In this document: piece after piece, positions 11,338-24,442 of the stretch | Numbering within the stretch: the first letter of the stretch is position 1 | How the letters are laid out: every line of letters begins with the position of its first letter | Assembly: GCA_000004985.1 (NCBI GenBank) | Contig: GG738892.1 | Length of the DNA: 64,000 nucleotides | DNA from: Naegleria gruberi | Taxonomy: Eukaryota | Strand: one strand, 5' to 3' | The notes under the pieces: generated by a model | Told to the model about the DNA's origin: nothing | The model's database searches: none | Seen by the model: only the letters and a program-made list of their open reading frames with translations | Made by a program: the position numbers and the translations under genes

Positions 11338-11926
11338 GCGACATTAACCTTACCATGTTTTATCTCTCCATAGTAATAGGGTACTTTATTTGTACCAAAG
11401 GATTTGTTTACTGTATTTTTGCTTTTATTTGGACAAGTGTTTCTTCTTTATGTGTGCAGCATTCTTGCCTGCTAAGTGTGTTAAAACTGTACAGTGTTTG
11501 CGCAACCAACACCAACACCACAACAACCTCTTTTTCAATTTGCAAATGGCGTGTTTTTCAAAGTAAAACAAAACATCAATACAATAACCAATTATTTTCT
11601 CTTCTGAATCAAGACAATTTTTATACTCATAGTAATAATCCAATATCAAGACATTTTGTTGTGTGGAAACATTCAACAAGATCAAGGCAATATTATTACT
11701 ACCTCCACTACTACTATAAATTTTGTACACTATATTTATTTATTAACCAAATCCCTTAGAATCCCTTAAATTTTGTTCCCGCCCGAACTTAATAATCCCT
11801 CATATCAACCTCCCCTTTGTACTTTTAACATCAAACAACTTAATTATTTAAACTATTTTAAATAACAGACATTGTACTTCTACTACCAATATTTAACATT
11901 AAACAACCCTCAATACAACCATCAAA

Positions 11927-12646
11927 ATGGGAGCCAGCCAATCTAAAAAGAATCAACAAGCACAACAAGTTCAAACTCAACACACACCACTCCGAGAGGA
12001 ACGATCACAGAGTTTACATTCATCAAGTACTCCAATTCCTGTCAAGAGACAATCCTCAACACCTGTTGTTTCCCTGACCATGAAACGAAAGACCTCACTT
12101 TTCACAGCAAAGAGTGCAAGCCCACCTCCAACACGAGTCCAGTCAGCAACGAGAAATTCACCAATAGTTTCGGCGGCTCCTGAATGCAGAAATGAAGATG
12201 ACTTGATAATTGGTACTCCACCAAAGAAAAGAAATAGATCCTTCTCCATGCCATATAAAGTTGTTCCACTGAATGTGAGTAGTGAAGAATCCATGTGGAG
12301 AGAATTAAGGAATGCTAATAATGGTGAAATGCCAACTCGATGCCAATCAGCACATTCAATGCCACAAAGCCCAATCTTACCAACTAGTCCAACAAGCCCA
12401 GAAGGTCGTCTTCTTCGACGATTGTCAAAAGCTCACTCTAAGAGTGAACAAGATTTACCATCCATTCTCGTCACACCACCTAAAGAGATCTCCAATTTGG
12501 AACACTTATCACCTTCACAACGAAAGAAATGTCTAGCCAAAAGTCCAACAGTTTTATCTGGTCTGAAAACGCCGTACATTATCGAAACTGGTGAAAATCT
12601 TCCAAAATCTCCAATTTTTGCTAAGGGTGTTTTAATTAATGCTTAG
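11927..12646 (+). CDS. Ser/Pro-rich, probably disordered protein with an N-terminal myristoylation consensus.
   Basis: Starts MGASQSK (an MGxxxS/T N-myristoylation motif). It is low-complexity S/P/T-rich and I recognise no domain. Confidence 0.4.
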   Translation: MGASQSKKNQQAQQVQTQHTPLREERSQSLHSSSTPIPVKRQSSTPVVSLTMKRKTSLFTAKSASPPPTRVQSATRNSPIVSAAPECRNEDDLIIGTPPKKRNRSFSMPYKVVPLNVSSEESMWRELRNANNGEMPTRCQSAHSMPQSPILPTSPTSPEGRLLRRLSKAHSKSEQDLPSILVTPPKEISNLEHLSPSQRKKCLAKSPTVLSGLKTPYIIETGENLPKSPIFAKGVLINA

Positions 12647-12687
12647 TTTTTGTGAATAAAACACTCTTGTTGTAAACTTGATTTCCA

Positions 12688-13197
12688 AATTGAAAAAAAT
12701 GAGTGATTCTCAATCTTGTGATTGTTCAAATAACTGTCAACAGTCGGAAAAGCAGCCGGAGAAGGCAAAAATTGCAATGCCATGTTACAAGAGGATAGTA
12801 TTGGAGCCTGGAAAGACATACTTGTATTGTATGTTAATTATTTAAAGAAATTTTAAATATTAAATATTATAAATAATTATTTAATTATAATTGAAAATAA
12901 AGGTACATGTGGATTTAGTAAAGAGGAGGGAGGAGCATTTTGTGATGGAACTTGTAAAACAGATGAAAATATTAAAGGATGGGAACCAAAGGAGTTTACT
13001 GTTAAGCATTTCAACACTGGAGGATATTCAATTTGTTTATGTAAAAGGTTTGTTAATTCTTTAGAATGTTTCGAATATATGTGAATGAATTGTGAATTGT
13101 GAATTTTGAATTATTATAAAAAATATATGTATCATAACATAGAACTGAAAGAGCTCCATTCTGTGATGGTTCTCATATCAATTTGGATTGGTAGGAT
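12688..13197 (+). CDS. CDGSH iron-sulfur domain protein (CISD3/mitoNEET family) with two CDGSH-type motifs across three exons.
   Basis: The spliced product reads MSDSQSCDCSNNCQ...KTYLYCTCGFSKEEGGAFCDGTCKT...GGYSICLCKRTERAPFCDGSHINLDW. The second motif is canonical C-x-C-x2-T-x3-P-x-C-D-G-S-H; the first has CDGTC in place of CDGSH. The introns have GTATGT and GTTTGT donors and AG acceptors. Confidence 0.7.
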
Positions 13198-13342
13198 GAA
13201 TATTAAGGATTATAATAAACATTACGACTATTAAATATTAAACCATTAAACATTCCAATAAAATTGTTCCATTTCACACACAAGGAACAATGAAAGAACT
13301 TCAATATCGAGTTGACTCTCCTCACATTACAATCCAAAAAAA

Positions 13343-14698
13343 ATGTCATCATCACTCGTGAGTGGAGCATTTCATGACCTTCCGTTGGAGGTTGTTATTG
13401 AATTTATATTTCCCTTTCTGATGGATGGTGAGTTGGTGCATCTCCGTATTCTCTCCACTCATCTCCAACAAGTACTCCAGAGAAATATTAAAACATTAAC
13501 ATTGAATCATAATAGAGTGGCCAATTATGTATTAAAGATGAGTGATCATGAATCATTGTTTAGATTATTGGGAAAATTGGAGAATGTTCAATATTTGAAG
13601 GGAATTAAACAAATTTATAATCACGAGCTTATTGAAAAAATCATTGCATGTTTACCCAAATTGAGGGATTGTGAAGAGTATTTCTATATGGGAAGAGCAA
13701 AAATTGCTGGATTGTGTCCAGAGTATGAAATTGTTGATATTTCGGGTATTTTGTGGATGACAGATGAGGAAATTGAAAATTTAAATGTTAAAAGATTCAA
13801 GATTGGACTTGTTGGAGAATGTACAGGTCATAAGGACAGATTTTCGCAAGTCTTTAAGAAATTTCACTATTTGGAGGAGATTAGGATGGAATCAATGTAT
13901 TCTCCTTTTGTTCTTTGGAGTCTTATTAAGGAGGAAAGAGAGTTTAGGATTGAATACAATAAGAAATTATCAATGACTGAAAAACAAGATAATGGTGGAG
14001 ATTATTATCCTGAAACAATACATATCAAGATTAATGATGAAGTTAATATTGACCCAGAGTTTCAATTCAATTCTCATTTTCCGCTAAGTGTTGAAACGAG
14101 TAGAAAAGAACAACTTCAAGAGTTGGCTCCCTATTGTGAAAAGATTGATTATTATGGAAGTATTAAGGATTTGCTTTTACTGTTGAAAAATGAGGGCAAT
14201 ATTAAGCAGTTGAAGGAATTGGATCTTTCCAAAAATAATCATAATTGGATAACTCCAAGGAATACCATTCAATCAACTGTTATTGTAGGAGATGAGAAAT
14301 TATCCAATCTCACTATGGAATTGTTCAGAAAGGTTATTGTTCAATTAATGAACCGTTTGAAATCATTACAAATTGTCAAATTATCATTACCATTCACCAT
14401 TCTAGTCTTGTTTGGAAAAGACCTGAAGCCAAACATGTCTCATTATAACCTTGAAAAGCATGCAATTTTAGATTGGATTCCATTGAACTATTATGCATCT
14501 GTGGAAAATTATGGAGAAACTATTCCCAAGTTGATTTTGAAAAAGAGGACAAGCTCTCCTCAATACAAGGAGCCAACAGAATATGAAACAATTGATTTTT
14601 CCATATTGAATCCTCCCAAAGTGCAAGTAAAACCTATTGGAGATATATCGAATGATTATCAACCAACAGGTTTTGGATTACTAGATGATGTATGGTAA
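13343..14698 (+). CDS. F-box-like domain protein of unknown function.
   Basis: The N-terminal HDLPLEVVIEFIFPFLMDGELVHLRILSTHLQQVL matches the F-box pattern. The rest is unassigned. Confidence 0.45.
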   Translation: MSSSLVSGAFHDLPLEVVIEFIFPFLMDGELVHLRILSTHLQQVLQRNIKTLTLNHNRVANYVLKMSDHESLFRLLGKLENVQYLKGIKQIYNHELIEKIIACLPKLRDCEEYFYMGRAKIAGLCPEYEIVDISGILWMTDEEIENLNVKRFKIGLVGECTGHKDRFSQVFKKFHYLEEIRMESMYSPFVLWSLIKEEREFRIEYNKKLSMTEKQDNGGDYYPETIHIKINDEVNIDPEFQFNSHFPLSVETSRKEQLQELAPYCEKIDYYGSIKDLLLLLKNEGNIKQLKELDLSKNNHNWITPRNTIQSTVIVGDEKLSNLTMELFRKVIVQLMNRLKSLQIVKLSLPFTILVLFGKDLKPNMSHYNLEKHAILDWIPLNYYASVENYGETIPKLILKKRTSSPQYKEPTEYETIDFSILNPPKVQVKPIGDISNDYQPTGFGLLDDVW

Positions 14699-14852
14699 TT
14701 AAGTAACTTTTAAACTAAACTTCAATGAATTGCTATAGCGAACCTTAGTCTTAATGAAATCTGGATTTTTGATATTATTCTCAAGCATTAGGGAAACCAT
14801 AAATTCCTGATCGAATAACAAATTCTTACTAATGAATGCCAAACAACCTATC

Positions 14853-15353
14853 TTAACTTTTCATGAGGATTGCTTTTTCAGCAAAGGTTTTAATATTTCT
14901 CTTCTTGACAGGGAATTTTTCAAAACAATCATCATTGGTAAGCTGTATCATATCTATAATGAATTTTTCATTCTTCCAAACACTTTCTGGTAAATATTTA
15001 AATATACAAAGAAATCCATAACCACACGAAATCAATTTTCTCACAAAATATTCATCGGAAAGGTAATCCTTTGGAATTAAATTCCATTCCTTATCACCGT
15101 AGATTCCTTCTCCGTTACAAAGTAAATTTAAGGATAAATATTTGTAGTTTGAATTAGCAACAGCCCGTTTTGTGAGATTTGAATAGATTCTTTCAATCTT
15201 CTCATCAAATAGCACAATATCCAACATGATAATTACATATCCTTCATCTCGTTTAATCTTTTTAGATAGAGTTTCATTTTCAAGTAATTGGGCTTCTTGC
15301 TCTTCGTTGTTGTTTGATTCTGGATTGGTACTTCTTGTTCTCTTGTTGGTCAT
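14853..15353 (-). CDS. Hypothetical protein, 166 aa.
   Basis: An ORF with coding-like composition. No recognisable motif. Confidence 0.3.
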   Translation of the reverse strand: MTNKRTRSTNPESNNNEEQEAQLLENETLSKKIKRDEGYVIIMLDIVLFDEKIERIYSNLTKRAVANSNYKYLSLNLLCNGEGIYGDKEWNLIPKDYLSDEYFVRKLISCGYGFLCIFKYLPESVWKNEKFIIDMIQLTNDDCFEKFPVKKRNIKTFAEKAILMKS

Positions 15354-15493
15354 TTTTTTTAAACTTGTTAAGAAATGATTTACTTTCAGTAAGGCTCCTA
15401 TTAAGGAAGGCCCTGCAATGAATTTAACAAGTTGAAAATTTTAAATTGAATTTGATAAATAAATAATTTATTGTTATATTATAAATAGAGGTT

Positions 15494-16591
15494 TTACAAA
15501 AAGTTTGTTTTTGGGATGTCAGATCTTGCAATGATTAATTTGATACTATCATCCCACAATTCATTTTGAAGTCTAGTATTATAGGTATCAGGTGCTGAAT
15601 CAACAATTTCTCTTCCATCAAAATATTTTCCAGTCACACTATCAAGATTCCTATCCACAATTAATTGTTTCAAATCGCCACCAGAAACTTCCAATGTTCT
15701 AACACCACTATGAACAAATCTCAATAAAGGTAAAACATTTCTTGCAATAGATCTCAAAACCTTATTGTAATCTCTTGATAAACTTGTAGTTGGTACAAAA
15801 CCTGGATTATATAAATTGACAGTAAATTGATCTCTATAAATTTGACGAGATTGCAATCTGGTAATCAATTCATAGGCACATAAAACATTACAGAACTTGG
15901 ATGTAGTATATCTAACACTGCCAAACTTGCTGTTATCTTGATCTGTATTCGAATCAGTAGGAATGATCGCTAACTTTTCAGCAGTTTCAAATTCTGGAGC
16001 TGGCATTCCTCCAAACTTTTTTCTTCCATGAATATCACTTGATACTATTACAATTCTATTCTTGGAATTGGTTGATTTGGTAAATAATGGAAGTAACAAA
16101 TTAATTAATAAGAAGTGTCCAAGATGATTGACTCCAAACGTGGCCTCATAGCCTTCTTCTGTCAAAATTAATTTGTGTACAAAAGATACACCTGCATTGC
16201 AAACAAGTGAATGAAGAGGTGGAATTTTGGAATTGTCAATTAAGGATTTGAGTTCTGAAACAAATTGCTGAATTGATTTGAAAGAGGCCAAATCAAGTTT
16301 CAAAGCAGTAATTTGACCCTTTAGTTCAGATTCGTTTCTTTCAGGGTGTTCCTTCAAATAATCTTGAACAAACGCATCCATTTCACTATTTGATAACTCA
16401 ACACCTCTACATGCCATTACAAGATGTTTAGTTTTTCTATTCGAATCCCATTCCTCTCTCAACATTTGTCTTGCTGCTTCCAAACCAATTCCACTGTTAC
16501 AACCAGTAATAATAACACTTTTATATTCTTCTTCTTGTTGTTGACTCATTTTCTTTTTTTGTTTTGAACTGTTCAGTTGAAATTTGTCCAT
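15494..16591 (-). CDS. Short-chain dehydrogenase/reductase (SDR), retinol-dehydrogenase / WW-domain-oxidoreductase-like.
   Basis: VIITGCNSGIGLEAAR is a TGxxxGIG Rossmann motif. NAGV is present (LVCNAGVSF), and the protein has typical SDR length and order. Confidence 0.7.
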   Translation of the reverse strand: MDKFQLNSSKQKKKMSQQQEEEYKSVIITGCNSGIGLEAARQMLREEWDSNRKTKHLVMACRGVELSNSEMDAFVQDYLKEHPERNESELKGQITALKLDLASFKSIQQFVSELKSLIDNSKIPPLHSLVCNAGVSFVHKLILTEEGYEATFGVNHLGHFLLINLLLPLFTKSTNSKNRIVIVSSDIHGRKKFGGMPAPEFETAEKLAIIPTDSNTDQDNSKFGSVRYTTSKFCNVLCAYELITRLQSRQIYRDQFTVNLYNPGFVPTTSLSRDYNKVLRSIARNVLPLLRFVHSGVRTLEVSGGDLKQLIVDRNLDSVTGKYFDGREIVDSAPDTYNTRLQNELWDDSIKLIIARSDIPKTNFL

Positions 16592-17141
16592 CCTCTTAAA
16601 GTAAATTCATCTGTTTCAATTTCAATGGAATGAAAATCGAGAGGACATGATGGAAATATTGGAAAATCATGTCGTGCGTACTAAACTAACATTCAACTTA
16701 TTTCAACCAATGAAATTCCTCCTCATTCGAAACTCAGTGGTTATTGGTCAGTTAAGAGTTTCATTGAATGGACAAATAGTTTGTCCACACTAATTTGAAA
16801 TACCATCAACAGTTTTTTTCAAAACCTTTTCAATTATTGGCATTCTAACACTTGAATAAATAGGCAAGAAGGAAGAATCTAAAAACAATCTGAAGAACAA
16901 CTGTAATTTGAAATTCTGTAATTAAGCTGCTGAACATGCACTCAAAAAAGCACCAACTTGGAATAGTTCATCAACATTCAACAATAGGAATGTTTTTCTT
17001 GGCCATCCATTACAAAGACCCATTGCTTGATTTTGAATAGCTAGATTTTAATACTTAGGAATTACAATAACAACATACAAGGCAGCTTTTGGAATTTGAA
17101 CTTTAAAAAAAAAAAAAGAACAAAAAACCTCTCAAAGAAAT

Positions 17142-18019
17142 ATGGATCAAATTTTCCAACAAACCAAAGACTACTTTGAACAATTAGATCAAGTCAAGGA
17201 AAAGATTCAATCATGTACTCGTGATTTGGATGAACCTTTGGCTCTCTTGCAAGGAATTTTCCACAAGATTCATCAAAATAAGTCAAATTATAAGGAACAT
17301 ATCACCGAATTGTGTTCATCATCCAATCAATACATTCAAAAATGTTCGGAATCTTTGATGAGACTCTCGGAATCAATTCCAGAAAATAGTTATTACAAGT
17401 ATTATAATATGTGGCAATATAGACTTTCCAATTTATGTTCATTGATTGCTTTAAAGCACTTTTTGACAAAGGATTTGGAAGATGATTTGGATCACGCTTT
17501 GATTACCAAAGATCAAGTTGAACAATTGTTAGGAATTGATAAGATGAAGAATTTCTATCTTCCATTAGAAGATTATTTGTAAGTATTAATTTGTCCTTTT
17601 AATAATCATCAAATCAATATTATTATTCATATCGAATTGAACGATGATATTTTACTACTATGGATTATTGATTTAACAATTGATTGATTGTAAAATTTAG
17701 ATATGGATTGTGTAATTTATTCTCAGAATTGAATAGATATTGTGTAAATTGTGTAATTAGATTGGACTTTGCCAAACCATTCCAAATTAAGGAATTTTTG
17801 ACTCAACTCTATGATGGTTTTAAATTATTGAATTTAAAGAATGACTCACTCAGAAAACGATTCGATGCTATCAAGTATGATGTAAAGAGATGTGAAGAAA
17901 TTGTCTATGATTTATCAATCAGAGGATTAAACCCAAGTGGCAAATCAGTTAATATCAGTGCTGATATTAATCCAATAACCAAAAATTTGGATGATAATAC
18001 CATGCAACAAGATCAATAA
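17142..18019 (+). CDS. Translin (translin/TRAX family). Two exons with an intron of about 118 nt.
   Basis: The exon 2 product ...LFSELNRYCVNCV...GFKLLNLKNDSLRKRFDAIKYDVKRCEEIVYDLSIRGLN aligns with the human translin C-terminus ASELSRLSVNSV...GFRLLNLKNDSLRKRYDGLKYDVKKVEEVVYDLSIRGFN as I recall it. Exon 1 ends LEDYL followed by a gtaagt donor. Confidence 0.8.
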
Positions 18020-18142
18020 ATAATTGAGCTCAAAAACTACTTTCAGATTATTCTCTCGTTGTGGTCATCCAACCAATGCATGAGAAAGATTGACATTTTA
18101 CCCACAACGTTTCTCTCATTCAGCTGTCAACACAATTAAAAA

Positions 18143-21100
18143 ATGAGCAACGATCAACAAGCAAACGTCGATATAACCATCACGTAAGTCATCATCACAC
18201 AATCATCTCCTTCTCATCATTAAATTATTGCTGTTAATCAATATACACAACAACAAAATAGCGAACTTTTAATTGAATATGAAGTCCTTGTTCATTCACA
18301 TTCTCTTGTAGCAATAGAGTCAAGTGTTAGAGGTGAAATTGTAGAAAAATATCGACATGTAAGTTATTGTTGTGTGTTTATTTGAATTATAATAGTAAAT
18401 TGTAAAATTGTGTGATTTGGCATTGTGTTGTATTGCTATACACACAAACGATTAGAATCAAGAATATAAAACCAAGAATATTAATTTCCAATATAACTTG
18501 GAAAGTTTGAAATGCATTCTGTCTCGCCTTTCAAAGAATAAGGCCAATCTGTTGAAAATTTTGGACATGATGGCTGATATCATCAATTCGTATACATTAC
18601 TTAAGGATTTGAACAGTAAGAAGAAGATTGTAATACCAGAAAAGAAGGAAGTAGATTATATTGATAACAATGTAATGAGTCATATGAGATTATGTTTACA
18701 ATCATATAAGGAAAATTTGTAAGTAACTTGGTCAAATCATTGAGCTAACAACTCTCATGTTAATTGGTTGGTGGACCAAACTCTCTATGATAACACTACT
18801 ACACACAGAGATAAACAAAATAACCAAGGAAAATTGATAATTCCAGACAAAATTCACAAGATTTGTTACGATAGAATTTATAATGATATTTTTATTGAAG
18901 AGTGTGGAAAACTTCTCGGAGAAATTTCAAGCTTCCAAATGGACAGTGTTTTACAAATTGTCTTGACAAGTTTTGAAAAAGTTGGTAAATCACAAAATGA
19001 GGCCAAAAACTTTCAACCACTTCAAAAAATTACAAAACATTTAGATTTCTGTTTTGCTGATGAAGAACGTACTCATGGAACTCTTGCTTACCTTGATGCT
19101 ATTCGTACTAAACTTCCAAATATGAAAAAGGGTAAGAAGGATCTCATGCCATTCATTTGTGAAACTTTAATTCATATTTTTGAGGAAATTCTCACTGGAC
19201 AATACATGTTTGATGAAATTCAATTACTTGAGAATAGTCAACATTGGGAAAAGCGTAAGAAGGAATTTAAATCACTTAATAATGAATTGAGTAATAGATT
19301 TTGGGGATGTTTCCAAGAAATCTATGATAATTTGTTGAAGATGGCTTCAAAGAAAGAAGCTTCATCATTTGATCTTGTAAATTGTATGGCAATGATGACT
19401 TGTCGTGCAAAGGAGGACATTTACTTCCAAAATGTTCCAGAACTCATCAAATTGTACACTGCCGGTCTCAAAGATAAGAAGGAAAAATTCGATTTCTTCA
19501 AATCAATCAAATCATTTGTAACATATGTACCTAATGAATATGTTACAAAAGATCTGGAAAAGTTCAGTAACTTTATTAAATCTGTTTCAGATCAAATTTT
19601 CAATAAGAAGGTGGTACTCAATGAATACAGACAAGATGCTGAAACATTCCTTGTTGAATATGCCAAGAAACAACTTCATAGAACATGGCCTAAACTCATG
19701 GAAGAAATTTTGAAACCAGAAAACCAAAAAGTTTACACTAACGAACACAGAGCTGTTGCATTGTCATGTATTGCTAGAGTTGCAAGACTATTCCCTGATG
19801 AAATTGCAAAGCAAAACTACTTGTTGGGAGTTGTTTGTACAAATATCATTTTAGATGAAAAGATGAGAACTGATGTTACTCTATTGAGAAATGTTCTTAA
19901 ATGTTTCCCTCGGGTCAGACATACATCTGAAGAAAAGATGAATGAAATTAGAAATATCATTGGTACTCATTGCTTATTACATCCTGATAGAACTGTTTCT
20001 AGAAATGCTGCTGAGGCTCTTGTTTCCTCTGTTGAAATGGAACCAGGTAAAATCCTTGATGTTGTCGAAAAATTCAGAGATGTTTTGATTAAGGTTAATG
20101 AAATTACTCCAGAAAATGCTTACAAATTGTTGAAGGATTTATTCCTTGTTTTGGAAACATTTATTCATAAGGTTCAAGAATCGGAAAAACTTATTATTGG
20201 ATTAGACATTCAAGGATACAACTCTCTTAGAAAGAAGGTTGAAGGAATGTTACTTTTGTATATTATTCATACTGCCCCTACTGTCAGAAATCAAGCTGTC
20301 AAGACTCTTAAACAATTGTCTAGACCAGAACTTAAAGCAATCACTAAGGAAATTTCATCAAATTGTACTTATCTGATTGATGACGGCATGCTTACTTCCC
20401 CAAAGAATGACAGTTCTGAATGGTTACCTTGCGTAGAAGAAATGTGCAAGAATCACGTTGATGATGCCATCACTAAGGCATGGGAAGAATTGATAAAGCG
20501 TTGGAGTACTGGTGTTTCCAGACTCGATAAGATTGATCTCCTCTCGAATCATTTGAGATTCCTCTGTGCTGCAGCTAGACCAACACTCGCCTCAAAGGCA
20601 GAACCATTCTTCAATGAATTACTCCAATTGTTAACTAAGAATTGCCCTCATAACGAAATTAAGACAGCAGTTTTGGGAGCTTTAGAATTGGTCCATCCAA
20701 CAAGCATGTACATGATCCTCTCACAAATAAGATCCATTGATGTAGCCAGAACCTACATCAAGAAGGAGCATAGAATTGAAAGCTCCGATCCTGCTTACGA
20801 ACAACACATTATTTCCTTGCTAAAGAGATTAATTACCAAGTCCATCTCAAATGTTTCATCCATTTCACCAACTGATTTCCTCTTTGTCAAGCAAGGAATT
20901 GCTGTTAGAGATTTCTTTGATGAACTCATTTCTAATTGGACAACCAAGGATAGAATTGATGTTAGAGACATTACAGGTTCTTTCCTCAATAATATTGACA
21001 CTTGGAAAGACGCTGCTGAAATTATTGCAACTTACCTCAAGCATTTGAATACCATCAGTAAGCAAACTGCTCTCGAAAAGGGAACAGATATTTCTGATCA

Positions 21101-24100
21101 AGCTGTTACATACAGTAATATGTTCAAAAAGCACACTGTCAATCAATCTTTGGTGTATCTCTTCAAATTCTTGCATTATGACCACATTGGACTTTATTGC
21201 CAAGAAGCTGCTAATGGTATTCAACACATTTGTTCATTTGGAATGATTGAAGATGAAAAGTTTATCAATGACATTTTGAGATATTGTGAACAAGTTATTG
21301 TTCGTAAGAAAGATGAAGTTGACGTTATTCCAGTCATGTCAGAATTTTTGAGAAATAATCCTCAAACTCTCAGAACCTTCATTATCAACTCATACTATGA
21401 ATCCTTCAATAGATATATCAAGGAAGAACTCGATACTCAAGACGAATCTGAAGATAAATCAAAGAAATCCAGTAAAGGAACCAAGAAGGAAGTTGAAGCT
21501 ATGCTTGAATTAAAGGAAGAAAAGAAAGAAGAAAGAAAGAAATTCACTGAAAGAATTCCAAATATTTGCAGAGCATATCTCTCTGCCATTGTAAAGGTTA
21601 TGGAAGATCACCTTGATCATTGGATTCAAGAACAATACACCACTTTGGGAGGCATGTTCTATATTGCACTTGTCCACTCATGCACCAGAGGTAACATTTC
21701 ACTCAGAGATAAGGCTCATGAATTGATTAATATTGTAATCAAATCAGATACCTCTGAAGGAAATATCAATTATGGAACAACCTATCACTGTACAAGTGTT
21801 GGTGATGAATGTGTCTTTAAAAAGACTATTTACAACTTTTCAGAATATGTTTCAAAGACTGCTCCTTTGATTACTGCTGATTTGTTTACTGAAGCTGATA
21901 AGACTGTTGATTTGTTGGATGGTGTTAATAAGGAAAATACTTTGAGAATTCTCACACCATGGTCTTACAATTTCGGTCTCTATGTCAAGACATGTTTGGA
22001 TTCTGCAAATACTTCTGATGCTGCCTACAAGATGAAAGATTTCACTTCTCAAAGACTTTTGAAGATTATCTTTACTATTACTGAAAAACTCCACGGTGAT
22101 GAAGATTCACAAACCGACGATTATCCAATGACTAATAATTTGAATAAGCACTATTTGGAAAGAATTTGGTACAACCTTATCAAATCATCAGAAGTTTGTA
22201 AATGGGTTATTCCAGAAGTTGTCAAGTTTATTGTTGAAAATTATGATTATTCATTCTCAAATAATACTCAACCTGTCAACACAACCCATACCTTGTTGAG
22301 AGCTGTCTTTGTTTATATTTGTAGAGATGAAAAGAGCTTGCCGCTCATCCTTGAAAACCTTGTCTATTATTTGAGAGATTACAAGGAAAAGGTACCTGAA
22401 ACTAAGAAGGAAGTTGCCAAATATCTCGTCGAAAGAGGTTTACAGGAACCTGTTGATGCTGAATTCACTAGTCTAGAATTCAGTGCTCTCCAACTCTTGG
22501 TTGATATTACCTATGAACATGATGTTGCACTCATTCCTCATTTACCAAAACTCTTCATGAATACCATTGTTCTCTTCAACTCTTGTCAAAATACTAGAAC
22601 ATTTATTGAACCTAAACTCATCTTGGAAAATATCCTTCAATCACTTGCATTGAGAATGAGAGATTTGAATACTTCTACCATTCACTATGTTGAAAAACTT
22701 ACTCAATTCCTCATTGAAAATTTGAGAAAGTCCTCTCAACAAAAGCTTACACGTGTTCGTTCATTCATTGTTCAATGGACAGAATATGTATCAAAGAAGC
22801 ACAGACCAGATTTGGCTGAAGCTATTTCTGAAATGGCTCTCAATTGGGCTTTACAAACAAAGGACAATAAGATTTCACTCGAATCTTACTATGTTTTTGA
22901 AGCTTTGAACAAGAACTTCTCATGTGATGTCATTGAAAAGTTAGTGATTGGTTTCTTTGATGCTGTCAGAGTTAGAGATGATGCCAAGATTTCTATCATT
23001 ATGGATATTTTCTTCAATATTCCATCTGATAAGTTGGCTCCTCCTCGTGTATCTAAATTATTGTTCCAAGTCGTCTTTTGGCTCTTCTTCTCCTGGAATA
23101 AGACTCACTTTGCTCGTGGTTTGAAATACATGCTCAAGTTGCAAGGACTCACCCAATATGATAATATTGATGAATCCGTACTCAATTCATCCATGTACAA
23201 TGTATGGAAGGGTTACACAGGTGAAGAAACTGTTGATGTTAGCGTCTCTAGAGTTATTTTCAAGGGAATATTCGATACTGAAACATTTGCTGAAACCTTT
23301 GATCTCTTGAATAATTTGGTTGTCAGATTTGAATCATACATGACCAAACAAAGCAATATGATGATTGCAACTATTTTGGTTGTTCAAGGTATTCTATACC
23401 TTTCTGGTGACTTCTCAAAGAAGGCTCAATTGCAAAAGTTGTTGGATAGAAACGAAGGTTTGGTGGATTTCAAGAATGCTTTCAATACTCTTGAACAATC
23501 CTTCACTCAAGTCAAGGCCAATTTGGTAACAAATGAGGAAGTTATCTCAGAATTGACAGAATATAACAAGTGTATGACTCAGTTTACCACTGACTTTGCA
23601 TCTGCCTATCAAAAGATATTCTCAAATAAGAGTGGCAGCTTTATTAATTGGGTATTGGTTTCCCTCACCAAAAATTCTAACATCAAGTGGTCTCTTGCCT
23701 CTGTTCTTCTTACTAGCAAATTGCTCCCAGTCATTTTCCAACCTGGTTTGTGGTCTATTGAAGAAATTAGCAGTGTCTCTTGTATTGCTAAGGAATGCAT
23801 GTCAGATGTTAAGCTTGTTTCATATTTGAGAAATCCACTCCTCCACAATTCTGCCAAGGATATTACTGAATTTATTGCCTTCCATGCTCATGAAAAGCAA
23901 AAGAAATACACCAAGAAGGAGGTTGAAACTGTTTTCCCATACTTGGAACCAACTCTTGGATTCTTGAAAAGTGTTCGTTCAGAGAAACCATCCAATAATG
24001 AATCATTCGTTGGAACAAACACTGTTGAAAAGGATATTACTCGTAGTGAAATTTTGTGTCGTATGTGGTATCAAACATTTAGTCTCCAAATTGATCCTGC

Positions 24101-24389
24101 ATCCAACAATGAAGAAGCATCACTCCTCACTTCAATTCTCGAATTCAAATCTGAAACTCATGCCACTGAATCAAATATTTCTCCTGTCATTGCAAACTAT
24201 GCCAAAGTCATTTCACAAAGAAAGACCAAACCACTCTCTGATATTCCAGAATCGGATGCTCCACCAACTGTAACCCAGGTAAATGATATTAATATTGATG
24301 ATGTTGAAGATGAAGTAGAAGAAGCAATTATTATTCCACCACCTCCAGAATCTGATAGTGAGGATGAAGAAAGTGAGAAAACTCAATAA
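18143..24389 (+). CDS. Very large (>1,900 aa) alpha-helical protein, HEAT/ARM-like, with an acidic C-terminal tail. I could not assign a family. It has several short 5' exons followed by a 5.6-kb exon.
   Basis: There is a long 1873-aa ORF at 18768..24389. It is preceded by short exons with GTAAGT donors at 18143..18184, ~18272..18359 and 18498..18719. The protein ends ..IDDVEDEVEEAIIIPPPPESDSEDEESEKTQ. Confidence 0.5.
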
Positions 24390-24442
24390 ATAATTTAATC
24401 TTGTTTCAAAGATGAATCTTAATCCTATTCTTATTCTTTCTT

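Noticed and set aside
11355-11759. ORFs 11355..11759+ and 11425..11730- upstream of the myristoylated-protein gene.
   Set aside because: The region is low-complexity with tattattact and acaccaacacc runs and implausible, W/C/Y-rich translations. It is more likely promoter or 5' UTR.
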